Below, piece after piece: positions 27,677 through 43,633 of a stretch of DNA of 64,000 bases (position 1 is its first letter; each line of letters begins with the position of its first letter). Made by a program: the position numbers and the translations under genes. The stretch comes from the human T2T-CHM13v2.0 reference genome, Homo sapiens. Location: the NCBI RefSeq assembly GCF_009914755.1, contig NC_060929.1. One strand, 5' to 3'. The notes beneath the pieces are model-generated. The model made no database searches. It was not told the DNA's origin and saw only the letters and a list, made by a program, of their open reading frames with translations.

Positions 27677-30600
27677 TGTGCTGTTGAAGCTGAATGCCAG
27701 CACAATTCTCATCAGCATTTGAGTTCATTGGCAGCATTTGAAAGAAAGTATAGACCCTTAGCTCTCAGTGCTAATATAGACATTGGCACATTAGTTTCAG
27801 CTGAATTAACTCATGTAGGACTGACGCTAAGGGACAGTTAGAGTGGAGTGGAAACTTCTCTGCATACAGAAATAACATCTCAGCACTGTCTGTGTAGCAA
27901 GATGTATTATCATCATCTTATTGGTACTGGACAAAGCAGGATCTTCAGATGGTGCCCAGCGACTATAGGGACTAATGGGAAAGCAGAAGGGATGCAGTGT
28001 GGTTAAATCCAAAAAAAGAGCAGCAGCTCAAGAGACAGTAGGAAATACGATGGACAAGGGTCAGGAGACCAGGATTTGAGCCCCAGCTTAGGTGATTGGT
28101 CCTGGAAATGTCATTTCTATAAATTAGCACAACTGATAAAGATGCTCTCTAAAGCACCTTCGGTTCTGATAGCCTAAAAATGCATGAGTTATTTTTAAGC
28201 AGAAACTTAACTACAGCTATTCTTAGTCTCTCAACTAGAAGCTACATGTGATTCTGCATTTCTTATTAACTGAGAGGTACAATTTTCCACTGCATGTTGC
28301 TCTTATCTTTCTTAGTGGCCAGATAATGTTATTTATAAAACAATAACAATATAGCCTCAGATAACTGCAGCAACAGAAACAATAGTAGTCATTTACAGGG
28401 CCAGGAACTGTGCAAAAACACGTTTTACATGCATTTGATTCTCAGAGCAGCACCATTGGGTGGGTACTATTATTTCCATAATACAGATGAGCAAGCAAAG
28501 GTTTCAGAGTTACTAATTAACTTGCCCAAGGGACGAAGCACCGTTTTGAATCTGGCTTGTCCACCATCAAACCCTTTATCCTTAACCACTCAGGTGTCTA
28601 GCCCAGAGTAGACACAGGCACGTGAGCCCAAGTGTTCCAGGTGGCCTTTCAGCCCCAGAAATCTCCCCTCACTTGAAAAATAATCTAGAACAATTTTTTT
28701 CAGAGGAATCAGTCTTTCTTCCCCAGTCAGAATGAAGTCACTAACTCCAGAGTAAAAGAATGGGGCAAGCGATGCTCTCTGTAAAGTGAATTCTAATGAG
28801 GTAAAAGTGGGCAGGTCTCTACTGGAGGAGAGAGGACAGCAGCGAGGAGAGTGGCATGGGAAGTGGAGAGAGCTGCATATGCCCCCACCTCCCCAGTTCT
28901 CTGAGAGATATTCCACACAGGAATTCCTGACCCTTGCCCAGCAATTGTTCAATGACTCTGACCATGGAAAGCATACGAGAAAAAGTACGCCAGAAAAGTT
29001 GTATCATGGTCGGTAGACCAGAGACAACAGAGAAACTGGCTGCAAGTCTCAGCATCACTCAGAAAGCCTTTGTTCCCAAGGCACTATTAAGTATCAGGCA
29101 GACAGAGAGATTCCTGAGACACAGCTCCTGTCCTCACAGGAAGGACTCACTGGATAAGATGGGAGGCAAACCCAGGCAGGCTAGCATTGATGCAAGATGC
29201 TGAGTGCCATAACAAACGTCTAAGCAGCTTGCTTTAGGTGTAGTGTGAAGGGAGGATCAGACATAGTTAATTCTAACACGAGGTAGGAAGTGTTAAGTGT
29301 GCTAATAGCAATACAAGCCAAGAACTATGAGAGCCCAGCGAAGGATGGATTAATTCTGACTGGGACTCTCACAGAAGAGGTGGTGTCTAAGTGGGACCTT
29401 GAAGGATTGGAATGAGAGATAGAGCAGTGATGAGATTCTGCTCATCACAGGGGAGTTGGTGTAAAGAGGAAAGTCTATTTGCCTGTGCTTGCTTTTCCGA
29501 AGGCAGGACGGCTACAAGCATGGAGCTGAAGTTCAGACTGACCTGGCTTTGATTTCTGTGTCTGTCATTTCTGTGTGCCCTTGAACTTTCATATTTTCCT
29601 CTGTAAATGGAGATTCTAGTACCTTCTTCATGGCATTGTGATTGGGAACAATTACATTACAACATGTTTAGTAATGCAAGTGTTTAAGTACATGTTCAAT
29701 AAATGATAGTTTTTATTGTCTGTGCTATGACTATTTCAGTGAACATTATCTCAGTCTTCTGGGTAGCATCTGAGGCTAATTGGCCACTGTTAGGCAATTT
29801 TAAAAGTTAACGAAATGCACCTACAACTTCATCTGCATTTGTCCTCTCTTCAGATCCTTGTATATGAGCATCTTTGCCTATTCTTGGATCATAGTCTTGC
29901 TTTTTTGTTTTTGATTTGTTTGTGGGTTTTTTTTCTATACAATAGAGCAAATTATTGATTCCTTTTTATAATTTCCTCTTCCTGTTCTAAAGTCCTACCT
30001 TGGATGGTCCACTCTTTGTTGTGTGTTCAGATCCAGTAGTGAGTGCAGAAGGACAGTTACCATAGTCAGCCTCTCAGTTAGAATTCTGTCGTGTCTACAG
30101 ACCAGCTTTGTTCCTCTCCTAGTCACCACTATGCTGCTGAGAATCATCATAGAATATGGGAACTGCAGGCAACTGCAGCCAAATCTTTTGTTTTACCAAT
30201 GAGAACCTCCAGCCCAGGGACAGGAAGAAAATTGTCAAGTTTGTACAGAGAGACAGGCAGGGGTGGGCCTGTGTACTAGTCCTCAAGTGTGCTGACTCAC
30301 AGGCCAGTGCCCTGGATGGTTTGCATGCCCTTTCTGCTTTTCTTCCGCAGACTTAGGCTGTGAGGAGGGCAAAAATGCCTTTCCTCCTCCTCATTTCCTC
30401 TTCCCTCCCCCTTCCTCCCTGCTTTGGGTAAAGCTGAAACATGCAGCTCGTGCTTCCACAAGGCATCCTCAGCATGCTTTTCACAGCACCCTCTGCTGAC
30501 TCCGGGGCCTTCACAGCTTGCAGCCCAGTTGACAGCCAGTGAAGTGAGAAGATTGGAAACACTTTAAACTGTCTCAGCATTGAAGAAAGTGAGAAGAAGG

Positions 30601-31440
30601 CAGGTGGGAAACGTCTGTGATGAGCGACATTGTAGAGAGTTAACAAAAACTGGGAGACTTTCAGGGTTTCCTTCTCCTGCTCCCCTGAAACCAAGGATTA
30701 TAAATACTTTCAATCTTACAGGACAACTCTAGCTGTGCAGTGGTGACTAGGTTGAAGAGGATTTGGAAGCGGTACTTGGGCTCCGTGTACACACACTTGG
30801 GAACACATGCACACACGCATTTATGCATTTGCACTATGTAGTAGGCATTTCTGCCTTGGACTTTTAAAAACATGCTTGCCCTTTAGGATCCTCATCTTGG
30901 AAATCTGCCCTCTTCTCCCTCTTTAAGGGATTGCCCTTCCCTCTGAATGTGCAGAACATGCTGTTCTTCTACTGCAGAATTTATTTCATTTTCTCATGCA
31001 ATTTTTATTAGTGGCTCATAAGTGTGTCTTTCATCGCATTGGAATGACCCTCTTAGAGGCAAGGGTCTTGACTGTTGTTTTCCCCATACTATACCACATA
31101 CACTATGTTGAATCGATAAATTTACTTATTCAGTGAATGTTTTGGTATTATAATAGACATGTTGCAAGGTAGTTTAGCAAAGTGATAAGGACTCATGTGG
31201 AATCAGACATACAGGGGTTTGAATTGTAGCTCCACTATTATCAGTTCTGTGACCCCTGCCTACCTATGTTTTAGTCCCTCTTTTGTTAAATGGCAATAAT
31301 AATAAAGTACACCCTCTTAAGCTGTTACAGAGATTAAAAGAATTGATGAAAGTAAAATGTGTAGTCTATTTTCTAGCATTAAAGTGCTCAGTATATGCAA
31401 GCACCTATTAGTAATTAATGTTAGAAATAATAATGATAAT

Positions 31441-31470
31441 TATCATCATCATCATCATCATCATCATCAT
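31441..31470 (+). repeat. (CAT)n trinucleotide microsatellite
   Basis: TAT(CAT)9. Confidence 0.93.
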
Positions 31471-34400
31471 TTGTTGCCACTGTGGCTGTGCCAGGTTCTC
31501 CAGATCCTCAATGATCCCCTTTCTTTTCTTAGATATGTGAGGGAGATAAGCAAAGGAATATATTGAAGAGAAAAAGCCCAATGTTTATTACTGCGTGGCT
31601 GTTGCTATGCTGTGGGCTTCTATGAGCTGGAGGACCCAAGAAAGCTACTTTCCCTGTGGCCCTCACCTATTCTTGGCTGTCTGGATCTCAGCACTATGGG
31701 GATCAGAAGAGGCCACCCCAAAACAATAGGAAATAAAAAGGAATTTTTGCCCAATGCTTTGAACAAGGCAGGTCCAAGCTTCCCACCTCAGATCTTCAGA
31801 GTGAAGTCCCCTCCCTCCCATGCTCAAAGCAGCTCTAGACCTGCACAGCACCCTCAAAGAAGCAAATCCAGCAGAGATTTTATGGCTTTAGCACCATCTG
31901 GCCTTATCTCCTTAGCTGTCTTGAAGGAGACAATAGAGGGTGGAGGAGAAGTAATCATCCTAAAACCAACAGGTGGCCCCAGTTGTAGGCTATGTAGCAG
32001 CATGGCTGTGGTGGTGGTGGTTGCTTGGTGTATGTGTGGAAGTGCAAGGGAAGTCTATAATGCAGTGTTCTGAGTGTGTGCAGAACCTATGGAGGAAATC
32101 AGAACTTGAGATAGAGAAACAAGTCCTGTTAATGGTAACGCCATTTGGATCTGGAAATAACTGTGTTTGCATAGTCCATGTCTGTTCTCTTACAGATGAG
32201 GAAACAAAAGCTCTTCATTTAAGGAGAGAAATAGTCCACTCTCTTGTTTACTCTTTTACTTGACATTGATTGAACCTCTCAATGGCAAAGACTGTGTTGT
32301 GCATTAGATAGATATGCTGAGAAATGAGAAAGAGGCTGTGCCCTCAAAAATTTGTCCTAAAAGGGGAACATCTAGATAATCAATGAGCTAATAAATGATT
32401 AGATACAGTGTTGTCCCTTCAACCATCTCTTTGGATTCACCACATTCTCCACACTCTCTCTAAAGACTCCCACTCATGCCCCTGGTGAGTCAAAAGCTCC
32501 TGGCCAGTAGCCTCTTCTCTGATCAACTCATATATTTCTGCTCATATCACCTTTGCTGGTGGCATACCAGAATCAAGAATCAATTCTGTTTGTTTTCAAA
32601 CCTGTTTATATTTCTGTGTTTTTATTATACTTGGACAATTTAATTAAAATGATGTGAACTAGTGAAATATGAGTGCAAAAGAAAGTCTTTTTTCTGAAAC
32701 TAAATACTTTTGAAAGGCTATCGGATGAATCACTAAAATCATTGTAATATTAGGTATCAGAGAGACGACTCTAAGGTTGGGGAAAAGCATGGAAGAAAAT
32801 CTAAACTTATATTTATTTTATAAGTGCCTTCAAGTTCCTGATATCAAAATATTGATCAATACATGTGCTTCACAGTGTTTTAAGTTTTTTTGGTATATTT
32901 TTTAAATAATCTAATTGCCATCCACGTTGCATCAGTTAAGAGGGCTTCAACTGTAATTAAGACTTTGAGTAAAGTTCTGTGAAGGATACAAACTAAATGT
33001 TGTGACCGAGAACAGCAGGATGACCTGCTTAAGGTGGTCCTTGCAAGATAACAAGAAGCCAGCCAAGCAAAAGTAGGGGAGAAGAGTTTTGGGCAGTGAG
33101 AACCGCATCGGGGGAGGTGTGGTATGTTGCAGAAGCAGCAGATGAGGGAAAGGGAAATGATAAGGTTTTTCAGGTCAACAGCGCTTAGACAGTGCAGATT
33201 CTCAAAGGTCATGCAAAGGAGTTGGGACTTTATTCAAAGCATGATGAGAAAGCATGAGGGGCTTGAGGGGATCTGTTTGACAGGATGTGATTTCCATTTT
33301 CAAAAGAGCTTCCTGGCTGCTAGATGAAGGATGGATGAGAACGGAAAAAGGGAAAGTGGGCAAGGTGGAGGCAGGGATGAATTAAAGTGACAAAGGCAAG
33401 TGATAAAGTGCAATAAGTCTACAGTGACAGGTGAGCAGTGGCAGAGCCCTAGGCCAGGGTGAGAATGGAGATGTAAAGTGGGCATTGTAAATACATTTGT
33501 GACATCTTTAGAGGGACGTGCATCCATATTTTCTTTAGTCAATCTGCATGACCAAACTTACAGCTAATTTTTGAAAGGCATAGGTGATCTGATGGGGGAG
33601 AAAATCCTACCAAAAGTCAGGCAGCTGGGTTTTCTTTTTCTAGTTTGATATTTATTGGCTGTGCTACTCAGAGCAAGCAACTTAACTCTTGGAAGCTCAT
33701 CTAGAAAAGGACAATAATAATATCCTGTGCAGCCCACCTCATATTTGGGTTATGCAGTTTAAATAAATAGATGGCTTACATGTATCTAGGACTTTGGTAA
33801 GCTTATTCCTTCACTTGATCCTCACGGCGCATAAGGCAGATACTATGGTCCTCACGTCACAGGTGAGCAGACCAGTACCTGTTCAATAAACCGTTATTGA
33901 ACATCTACTATGTCAGGGTCAGGGACAGGCCCTGAGACTTTTGAAATAGATTAGACCCAGCCCTGTCCTACAGAAGTTCACAGTCTGATGAAGAAGACAG
34001 ATATGAAAATGTGAAATTATAGAATATCAAGATACATGCTAAGACAGAAAGTACATTAGAACCTTAGAGGAGGAAGAAATGAATTTTTTCTGGAAGGAGT
34101 GAAAAGCTTTCCACTGGAGTCAACATCTGGCTGGGGTCTTGAAGGATGTGTAGAAGTTTTCCAGGTATGGAGGGTCATTTTTGAGAAGGATATGCAAAAG
34201 TATGCAGGCCTGGAAGGAAATGGTTCATATGCATCTATGTGGGTGGGGCCTCAGGTGATTGGCAAACTGTTAGGAATGAGGCTGGAGAGTGAATCAGGGG
34301 CAGGGAGGCTCCTGCTCATGGATCTGTGAGTGAGTGAGTTATGCAAAAGCAGGAAAACTAGTACATTTGCTTCATTTTCATTCTTTCCTCAAATGCTTCC

Positions 34401-34932
34401 CCCAGTTTCATAGTATACATGTTCCTGTGCCTTATACTCCCTTCTTCCTTGCTTACTGTTTCCTCCAGAATTAATTTGAATCTCAGCCTTTTTCCTGGAA
34501 CTCTTAATTTTAGCAGGGATATACAAAGGGAACACTCCAGGATAGTGAGAAATGCCTTTTTTTCTCCAAATGTCTTCCGGAATTCTGTTACTTAGCAGGA
34601 GTTGTTTCCTGCCATGTTTTGAGAAACTTTGAAAAGCGATTCAAACGTTGGTGCAAAGGGAACTAAATACTTGGTAGTGAGGAGCATCTTGGCAGAGAAG
34701 GCAGCTGAGCTTTTGCTAAAGTCTCAGTGGTTGAAATTGTCCAGGAGGCCTGAGTTTTGGTCCCTGGGCTGGGCAGCATGTGCTCTTGGTTGTCATGCCT
34801 CCATTCCTCCTTCTGGAAAATAGTAAAGAAGAAAATGTATAAGTTAGAGAGGTGAAAGAGTGTTAGAGCTAATTAAATCTCACTTATTTTACTTATGAGG
34901 AAATAACTCCCAAAGAGGAGAAATGACTAAGT

Positions 34933-35003
34933 TCATATAAAGAACCTGCAGCTAACTTGGTCATTTAGTCATATAAAGAACCTGCAGCTTACTTGGTCAT
35001 TTA
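34933..35003 (+). repeat. 36-bp tandem duplication
   Basis: TCATATAAAGAACCTGCAGCT(A/T)ACTTGGTCATTTA at 34933 and 34969; one mismatch. Confidence 0.9.
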
Positions 35004-35004
35004 T

Positions 35005-35830
<826 letters not shown>

Positions 35831-37559
35831 CTCACACCCCTGCGGAAAAGGAAAGGCAAGTATACGTGCATTGCAAGACTCTATTGGCCGAGCATTTGTT
35901 TCAAATGTCGTTTTCGCAGCATGCTTTGCTGAGACCATAGATTACAAAAACAGAAATAAAAATGATTCAGCTTTTCTTCTGTGTCTACCCCTCAACTTAA
36001 TTAGTGCTCACAGCTCCAGAAATCAGTTGAGGGCAGGGGTCAGGAGTGAATTCAGATATAGATGAAGTGGGACTTAGTTTCTGGTGTTGCCACTTGGTTT
36101 TAAAGATGCAGAACTTCTTATCTTCCATAGCTTTATTTTATCCTTCATTTTTGTCCTTTCACTTCCTCAGTGGATAAATCCTAGCTAGAAGATGAATTTT
36201 GCTGATTTAGGGCACCCTCGGGCTGTCCTCTGTAGCTTTCAGTAAAGCTTTGTCTTGATTGACAGATGCTGATCAAGTTCATGGGTATGCATTACAGTGT
36301 ACGTTTGCTGGTTGGCCTAGGAAAACCCATTTGCACGTATGACTTTCATAGGAAAAGAATGGCAAATAAGAAACAAAAGATTTTTTTTCTGCCACTCACC
36401 CAAGGAACAGAAATTAAGACAGCCAAAGGAAGAGTCTGCCTTCATTTAACGGATGATTTACCTGGTGTTCCTTGCGGTAGTGGTTCATTCATGAACCAGC
36501 AGAAGGTATTTTGTGACTATGGGGATTGCGGAGATGACTGGGCCAGGAGGGGAAGCTGTAAAGCTAATCTCTCCCACAACCCACTTCTCTTTGGCTAATG
36601 GCTTTGCTTTTGTTTGTTCTGCTTTGGCTGGTTCATGTGCTAGTTCCCAAAGGCTGCACAAAGGCAGAGCTAGGTAGATGTACTCCCTACCAGGGCTCTT
36701 TAGTGAATCCCACCTCCTAGCCCCAGATGAGGCTGAGTGAACACTCACTCCAGCCTTGGACTGTAGCCTTTACTGTGGCCCCTGAACCTAACCCAAGAAT
36801 GAGACTTGTTGACCCAAGGCTCAGACCCCAAGTCTCAGATCCCTTATTTCAAAGAGAGCTCCTCACCCCAGCTCCAGACTGAGCCCCTGGCCCAGCATTC
36901 CTCGCTGAGTCCCCACACGTGGTAGAGCCTTGGCCTCAAAGGGTCCATCCACAATGTTGTGAGTCCCTTGGTACATATTCACTTTTTGAATGAACCTCTG
37001 AGGACCCCTGCCCTCTCAAGACTGGCGTCTCCTCTGCCATCTCATCAGAGTGGCTTTTAGCCATGGAGCAGTGTCATAGCCTCCTCTAGTCCAAAGCTGG
37101 CCGGTGCTAAGAAGAGGAAGCCTGGAACTCAGAACCTCTGTCCTTGTGCCAACATGTTAGTTGCAGTCTATCTGTGAGCTTCACAGTCCCATTGACTCTT
37201 GTACAGAAATCAGCAAGCAGTGGTCTTCAGTCAAACTGGGACCTCAACAATCGACTTTGGTCCTGTCAGGGTTCCTTTCCCTTACTCTTCTTAAGAGCAC
37301 CCAGAGTCACCATGAAAGAACCACAAGTGGAAAAGGAATACGTGGGCTCAGACGTGTGTCCATCCTTGCATGACCCTTGGCTCCTCATCTGTTCATGGGT
37401 TTAAAGGTCATCCTTCCTGCCCTGCCTACCTTATTGAGTATTCACAACAGAAAATGAATGTAGGAGATTGAAAATTGTATAATGCACTCTAAGTTATTAT
37501 TACCTCTCCCAAATTGTCAGCATTTCATCCTTGCTATCTAGCAGCAGAATAGTGTAGGG

Positions 37560-37794
37560 TAGGAGTTTACAAACTACAGCCCACAGGCCAAAGCCAGCCC
37601 AAGGCCAGATTTTCTAAATAAAGTTTTATTGAAACACAGCAATGTAAATATGTAAACTCATTTGTTTACATATTGTCTTTGGCTGCCTTCATGCTATAAA
37701 AGTAGCACTGAGTAGTGCAGCAGAGACCACATGGCCCGCAAAACCTAAGATATTTACTATTTGGCTTTTTGCAGAAAAAGTTTGCCTATACCTG
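37560..37794 (+). mobile_element. MER58A (hAT-Charlie MITE)
   Basis: CAAACTACAGCCCACAGGCCAAA...AATAAAGTTTTATTGAAACACAGC...GAAAAAGTTTGCCTATACCTG. Confidence 0.85.
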
Positions 37795-40579
37795 GCATAG
37801 AGGAGCAAAGTGAGGACTCTGAAGTTGGAATGCCTGTGTTTGGATTCTGAATCTTCTACTTAATGGCTATATGACCTTGTGCAAGTTAATTAGCTTCACT
37901 TTTCTCTCTATGAAATAAAAATAAACATTGTATCCCCACCCTGTGCTATCAAATTAGCATTAAATGAGTAATTCATGTAAGGCACTTAGCTTAGTATTTG
38001 GCACATAGTGAGTGCTCAGTGTTGGCTGTTATTATTATCCAAAGAATGAAAGCTCTGGTTTGTGTTGATGGACTCTCAGGGGATGGAGTAGCATGGTTTA
38101 TGGCACAGGCCATGGAGTAGGACAGAACATTATTTATATCCCAGCTCTGCCACTCACCACATGAATGACTCGGAGAAGATTAATTAATCTCCCTGAACTT
38201 CAGCTTCCTCATGCATGAAATAGGAAAAAGAAATTAAAGAGTTATTGTGAAGAGTAAGTGATAAAATGCATGTGAAGTGCCAAGAATAGAATTTGGAACA
38301 TAGTAAACACTCAATAGGTGATATAAATACAATAATAAATAAGAAGAAGAATGGTACTTTTCTAAGTAGTACTAGCTTCTCAGAACAAATAGACAGTTGG
38401 TAGTGACTACTATGCAAACATCATGTGAGGTAGGAGGTTCTACTTATCATTAATAATGCTCTGGACACCAGGTTTTGCATATTCCAGGCACATGTAAATT
38501 AAATACACTTTAAAATGGAGTTGTTTAGACAGCTGTCTAGGCTTTTATCTAGGCCAATAGTCCTTCAAGACCAGGTACCTTTCTGTACTAACAATCCATG
38601 ACTCTATGACTGTTCTTAGGTGAAGTGATAGGTCAAGGAGAACAGCATACACGTTGAGTCACTCTATGGACCATCCCGGAAAGATCCTCTTCTCATAATA
38701 ACACGTGGGTACACAGTGATGCTAAGGAGTTTGCCATATGGGGTGAAAATGCTCTCATTTTGAACCCATTCAACATCTTCAGGGTTGAGTTCTGTAATGG
38801 GATGTAAATCTTCTTTCCTGGGGAGAAACGGCTGAGGAGACTGGGTGTTGTAGGTGGAATACATTAAGGCTGGTGGGGTTTGAGTGCCAGCCCAAGAGCA
38901 CAGCTCTCATTCTCAGTTGGCCTAAGCTAACAGGGAGTGATCAAGTTCAGTGGACTGAAGCACAGGGGAGTATTACGTATCTTCCAGACCTGTGGATGCT
39001 AGATGGGCAACCTAATTTAGAGGAATATGAAACAAGTAACAGCACCATGCAATTTTCGTTATTCCCTACCTAGCTCTTTATGAGTTATTGTTCATTATAT
39101 TAGCAGAAAAATGAGGATTTGGAGAGCCTCTTCCTTCAAGGGAGCTTACATCTCAATTGCAGGTGAAAAGGCATAAATACACAAAAAGTTACTTGATAAT
39201 ATAAAATAAAATAATCAATTCATTCAGTGCAAGACATGTCATGAAAGAAAGATGGGTCAACTTAGTATCCAGAGATTAAAATAGGTAAATGACTTGCATT
39301 CATTCATTTATTCTCATATTCATTCATGTCCAAAAATATTGTGTAGTCATTATGGGAACCCTTCAAAGGGATATGAATAATAATATAAGCTTTATGAGGG
39401 CAAAGGCATCATCTGTCTTATTTACCACTCTATTCCACAGTGTCTAGCCCATAGAGGAAAGACAAGGACTGAGTTAGACATAGATCCTTATTTAATACTC
39501 AGTGTTTAGATGTATGTAGTTCCTAACACATTTGTGGACATTTATGGAGCTCCTAACATGATTTTGGGCTCTAATTTATGAAATACTGCAATCAGACATT
39601 TAGTAGACATCTGTTGGTTTGATATGCCCAGCATGCATCTCCTCTCTGTTCACAGCACCTTAATTTTCCTCTGGCTGGTAGCTTAGTAACGTGGATAGTT
39701 GTTCTGCTTCCCTTGACCCAGGGGCGGCCCATGCCCAAGCAAGGCTAATCTTGAACTGTGTAAACAGTTATCACAAATGGCTGGAGCAATGGTGAGACCC
39801 TAAAGAGACTGTCCATGAAATGCTGACATCTAGATTTCTAGAGCTGCTGCAATTTCTGTCTTATATGAGGCACTTTTTCAGCTGGGGCTTCCTCATATCC
39901 TTCCAAAATTCTGTTCTTACAAATTACAGAACCTAAACTAATAAAGCATGGGTGTTAGATAAAAAATTGATAAGACGCACACATTTTTATGTACATTTAA
40001 AAGATGGGTGGAGACTTTCAGTTTATAGCTAGGAGTAGGGAGGTGTAAGGGTCTTTATGAAGGAGATGGCATTTGAGCTTAACTTTTAAAGAATGGAAAG
40101 GATCTGCAAAGATCCTTAAAGAAAGAAAGCAGGAGGCAGGAGGCCTGTGCAGGCTGGAGCAGGGGCATGAGTGTAGGCCCAGAGCCTACGGCCGAGAAAC
40201 AACTGAAAAACAGCCACGTCTGTGCTGGAACTCAGTGAACTCACTGAGCATCCCATGTCTGTCGTGCCATTACACTTAAGTCAGATGTTCCTGTTCCCAT
40301 TTTCTAGCTTATCCTACTGAGTCACAACAACCTTCCCCTCCATTGTCTCTCATCCATGGACTGGACTTGAGCTATGGGATGTTAGAGAGGAAAGGTCTTG
40401 TGAGACCAGCTAGGACTGACCCTCTTAGGCCAAAGTGATGCTAGAGCCCTCCAGGCACCCATGCCACACATGAAGTGCCGGATACCTTAGAAGAGCTCAG
40501 TTTTACTCAGAGAGCTATGTGATCTCTTTCTCCTCACCTGCATCTCTACTGCTTTCCTCCTTTCCCCCTATACTGTGTC

Positions 40580-40990
40580 CACATGGGCCTTCTGTTTCTC
40601 AAGCTCTTCAGTCTTGTTCCTGAGCCTCATTCAGAGCCTCTGTTCCATTCCTTCTGCCTGAGACTGCTTCTTTAGCCTTTAGCCTGGCTGGCTCCTTCTT
40701 AGGGTTCATTTCTCAGCTCCAATGCTAGTGACACAGAGAGGTCTCCCTGACCATCCTGTCTAAAATAGTCCTGCCAGTCACTCTCACATCATCCCGTTTT
40801 ATTTTCTTTGTAATATTCGCAGCATCCAAAATGGCCTTGTTTATTCACATGTCATCTCTCTCCCTCTCTAGAGCCTAAGCTCCAAGAGAGCAGAGACTTA
40901 TCTTTTTATCCAGTGATGTATACCCCTAGCACCAGCTTGCTGCCTAGCATACACTACACATTCAGGAAACTTGTTGGATGGGTGAATGAT
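40580..40990 (+). mobile_element. L2 3' fragment
   Basis: CAGAGAGGTCTCCCTGACCATCCTGTCTAAAATAG...AAGCTCCAAGAGAGCAGAGAC...TGCCTAGCATA. Confidence 0.7.
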
Positions 40991-43633
40991 TAGGCAGAAG
41001 AAAGATGGAGAGAAGAAACAGAAAATTTCAATCTGTAGGACCTCACATCCCCAGTGAGTACAAAAGTTCTATTACAGGTACTTCACCAAAACAAAAAAAG
41101 TTTGAGAAACACTGATTTAGTTTAAACTCTGTTATCCAGAGAGGAAAAATGCAGCCCAGAGAGGAGAAGGGGCTTGTTCACAGACGTGCTTCTTTGCATT
41201 TACTTCTCCACAATCATGTCAGGCACCTGAAGATTTTTATAAGGGAAGCTCCAGTTGATCAGTCTGTTTGCCCTGGCCCCCTGCCCTTGGTTACATATGT
41301 CAGCCCACAGGGTGAGTCTAAATTCCAGGACCAGTGAGCCCAGCCCTGTTCTAATTCTTAGCCTCGTATGCAGTACCACATCTCATTGGCTTTCAATGCC
41401 TAGTAATTAAGACCCATGCTTAATAATAAATACACAAATATGACCTGGGAGGATGGCTTTTCTTCCACATCTCCTTTTGCAGCCATCTTCCAACTGGGCA
41501 TCAGGGCCTGGATGAAGAAAGTTCTTGTGAGTCTCAAATGAATCCAAAACCAAAGTGAAATGCTACATTGACACATGACACAATGACCTAACTTCTCCAG
41601 CCCGGGCAAGGCCCTTGGCAACCTAGTCCCCACCCATCTCCAACTCTGTGCCATACCCCGACCCCAGTCATACTGGTGTTTCTGGAGTTTTTCTGTTGTG
41701 CCCTTCTCTTTTATCTTGGTGCTTTGGATAAAGTGGTCCCTCTATCTAGACACAGGAACAAGGTGCTTAACACTGTGCCCGGCCTCTGCTAAAGGACCCA
41801 GTTAACACTGACTATAATAGCAGTTATGATCATTTATCCTGTGGCTGATCCCTTTATTACTCTCTCAAATCACCCTTTATTTTCCTTAATGTAAAACTCA
41901 CTGAACACTTGCTTAAGCTCTGTGAAGGTAGAAAACATGTCTGTCTTGTGTAATTGTGGTACCCCAATTTTCTGGCAATATTAGTTTCTGGTGCCAATAA
42001 ATATCTGTTGAATTTACTAAATAAATGATAACATTGTATCTAGTAAATGACAGACACCCTGGATGTGTCTCAGAATCCTAAGTAAATGTGATATTGTTTA
42101 AGGGCTTTGGGATGATTTATATCTATTATGGTAATTCTTTGCATGTCAGCATTATATCTACGATACAAGAGAATATAAAAAGGGATGGACAGGCACTCTT
42201 ATTGTCCTCTGAGTGATGGAACTGAAGCACATCCTTTGATGTTACAACGTTAGAGTAAGATGATGAAGAATGTGATTCCCACCAATAAGGATAGAATTAT
42301 TCCAGGAGGGGAATGAGTGCCTGAAAGTCCCCCCATTCACACATACTTTTGATCTCCCTCCCCTAAAATGAAGCTGTCCTGTCACCTCATTATCTGCTAT
42401 TTACAATGAGGCTGCCACATTCCCAGGGACAGGAGCCAAGGAGAAATGTCGGTGTGAGAGGCCTTAAATGAAGTGACAATAAAAAAGGAGTTGTTAATGC
42501 CAGGAGTTCCCTCCCTGGGAGACAGCTGTCAGGGCCAGTACCCAGGGCTGGGAGATTTATTGATACTAAGTGGATGGTGCCCTAACCAGGAGTGATTATC
42601 AAAGAGGTTTGAGTGAGGTGAGGATAGAATTGGACAGCCCACGCCATGCAGTGTGTGGGTTTTCCTGCTCTCACTGGTTCCTGCCCTCCTGCTTCCCCAA
42701 GAGGGAATTCCTGGCCTCGTTTTTTACTTACTCTGATTGTTGGACACGCTCTGCTACAGAGTTTCTTGGAGGCAGGGCCCTCAGAATCTGACACTCTGGC
42801 AGGGCTCCCTGAATGCTCTCTCTATCTCTGCCAGGCCTTTGCTGTTGCTCTTCCTTCTACCCATATACAGTACTCTTTATGCACATGTAACTGTACCAAA
42901 ACCTCTCTCCTGGCTGATTCCTCCTTATCTTTCAGTGTCAAAGCTGGCACTTCCTCTTGGAAGCTTTCTTTGAGGTCCCCAAAGGATGGGGTTAGGTGTC
43001 CCTGCCTGCTGAACTCATCCTTAACATAGCATGTAGACTGAATTGCTATTGCCTACATAGTTGTCAGTCTCTCCCATTGTCAAAGTGACAATCCCAAAGT
43101 GGTTGGGGATGGGCTGGTTTACCACTGTATCTCCATTGCCTAACATAGTGTCTTCACAAGTGCCAGATACTGGGTGTCGAATGGTGGGTGGATGGATAGA
43201 TGGACCAAAGAATAGGTGTGTATGTGTATAGACTTCCCAGGGATGAGACAGGAATACATCAAACATACCACTCAATTTTATTTGCTTATATTTCAATAGA
43301 TTCTAATGTAGTAATGCCTCTTTATCTGGCATCAGGGGAAGACAGTGTGCTACATGAGAGGATTTTCCAGAAACTGAAGCTGACCCATGTCCCAAGACTA
43401 TTTCAAACATCCATGACATATCACAGACATTAAGGACTCAAGCTCTGTCGTCAGACTGGTAGAGGTCATCTCTCAACTTGCCTTGTGCTGTTTCTAGACC
43501 TCACTTCTCCAATTTGAAACCCACCTCAGGGAATGAAAGGAGTTAATGTAGAGAAATGTCTTTGGCACAGTGTCTGGCACTTGGCAGGTGTTGAAGTATC
43601 AGCTCTTAATTATTACTATCAGAAAGCATTACA

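Noticed and set aside
31612-32073. Longest ORF in the track (153 aa)
   Set aside because: Non-ATG start, no recognisable domain, and length compatible with chance in 64 kb
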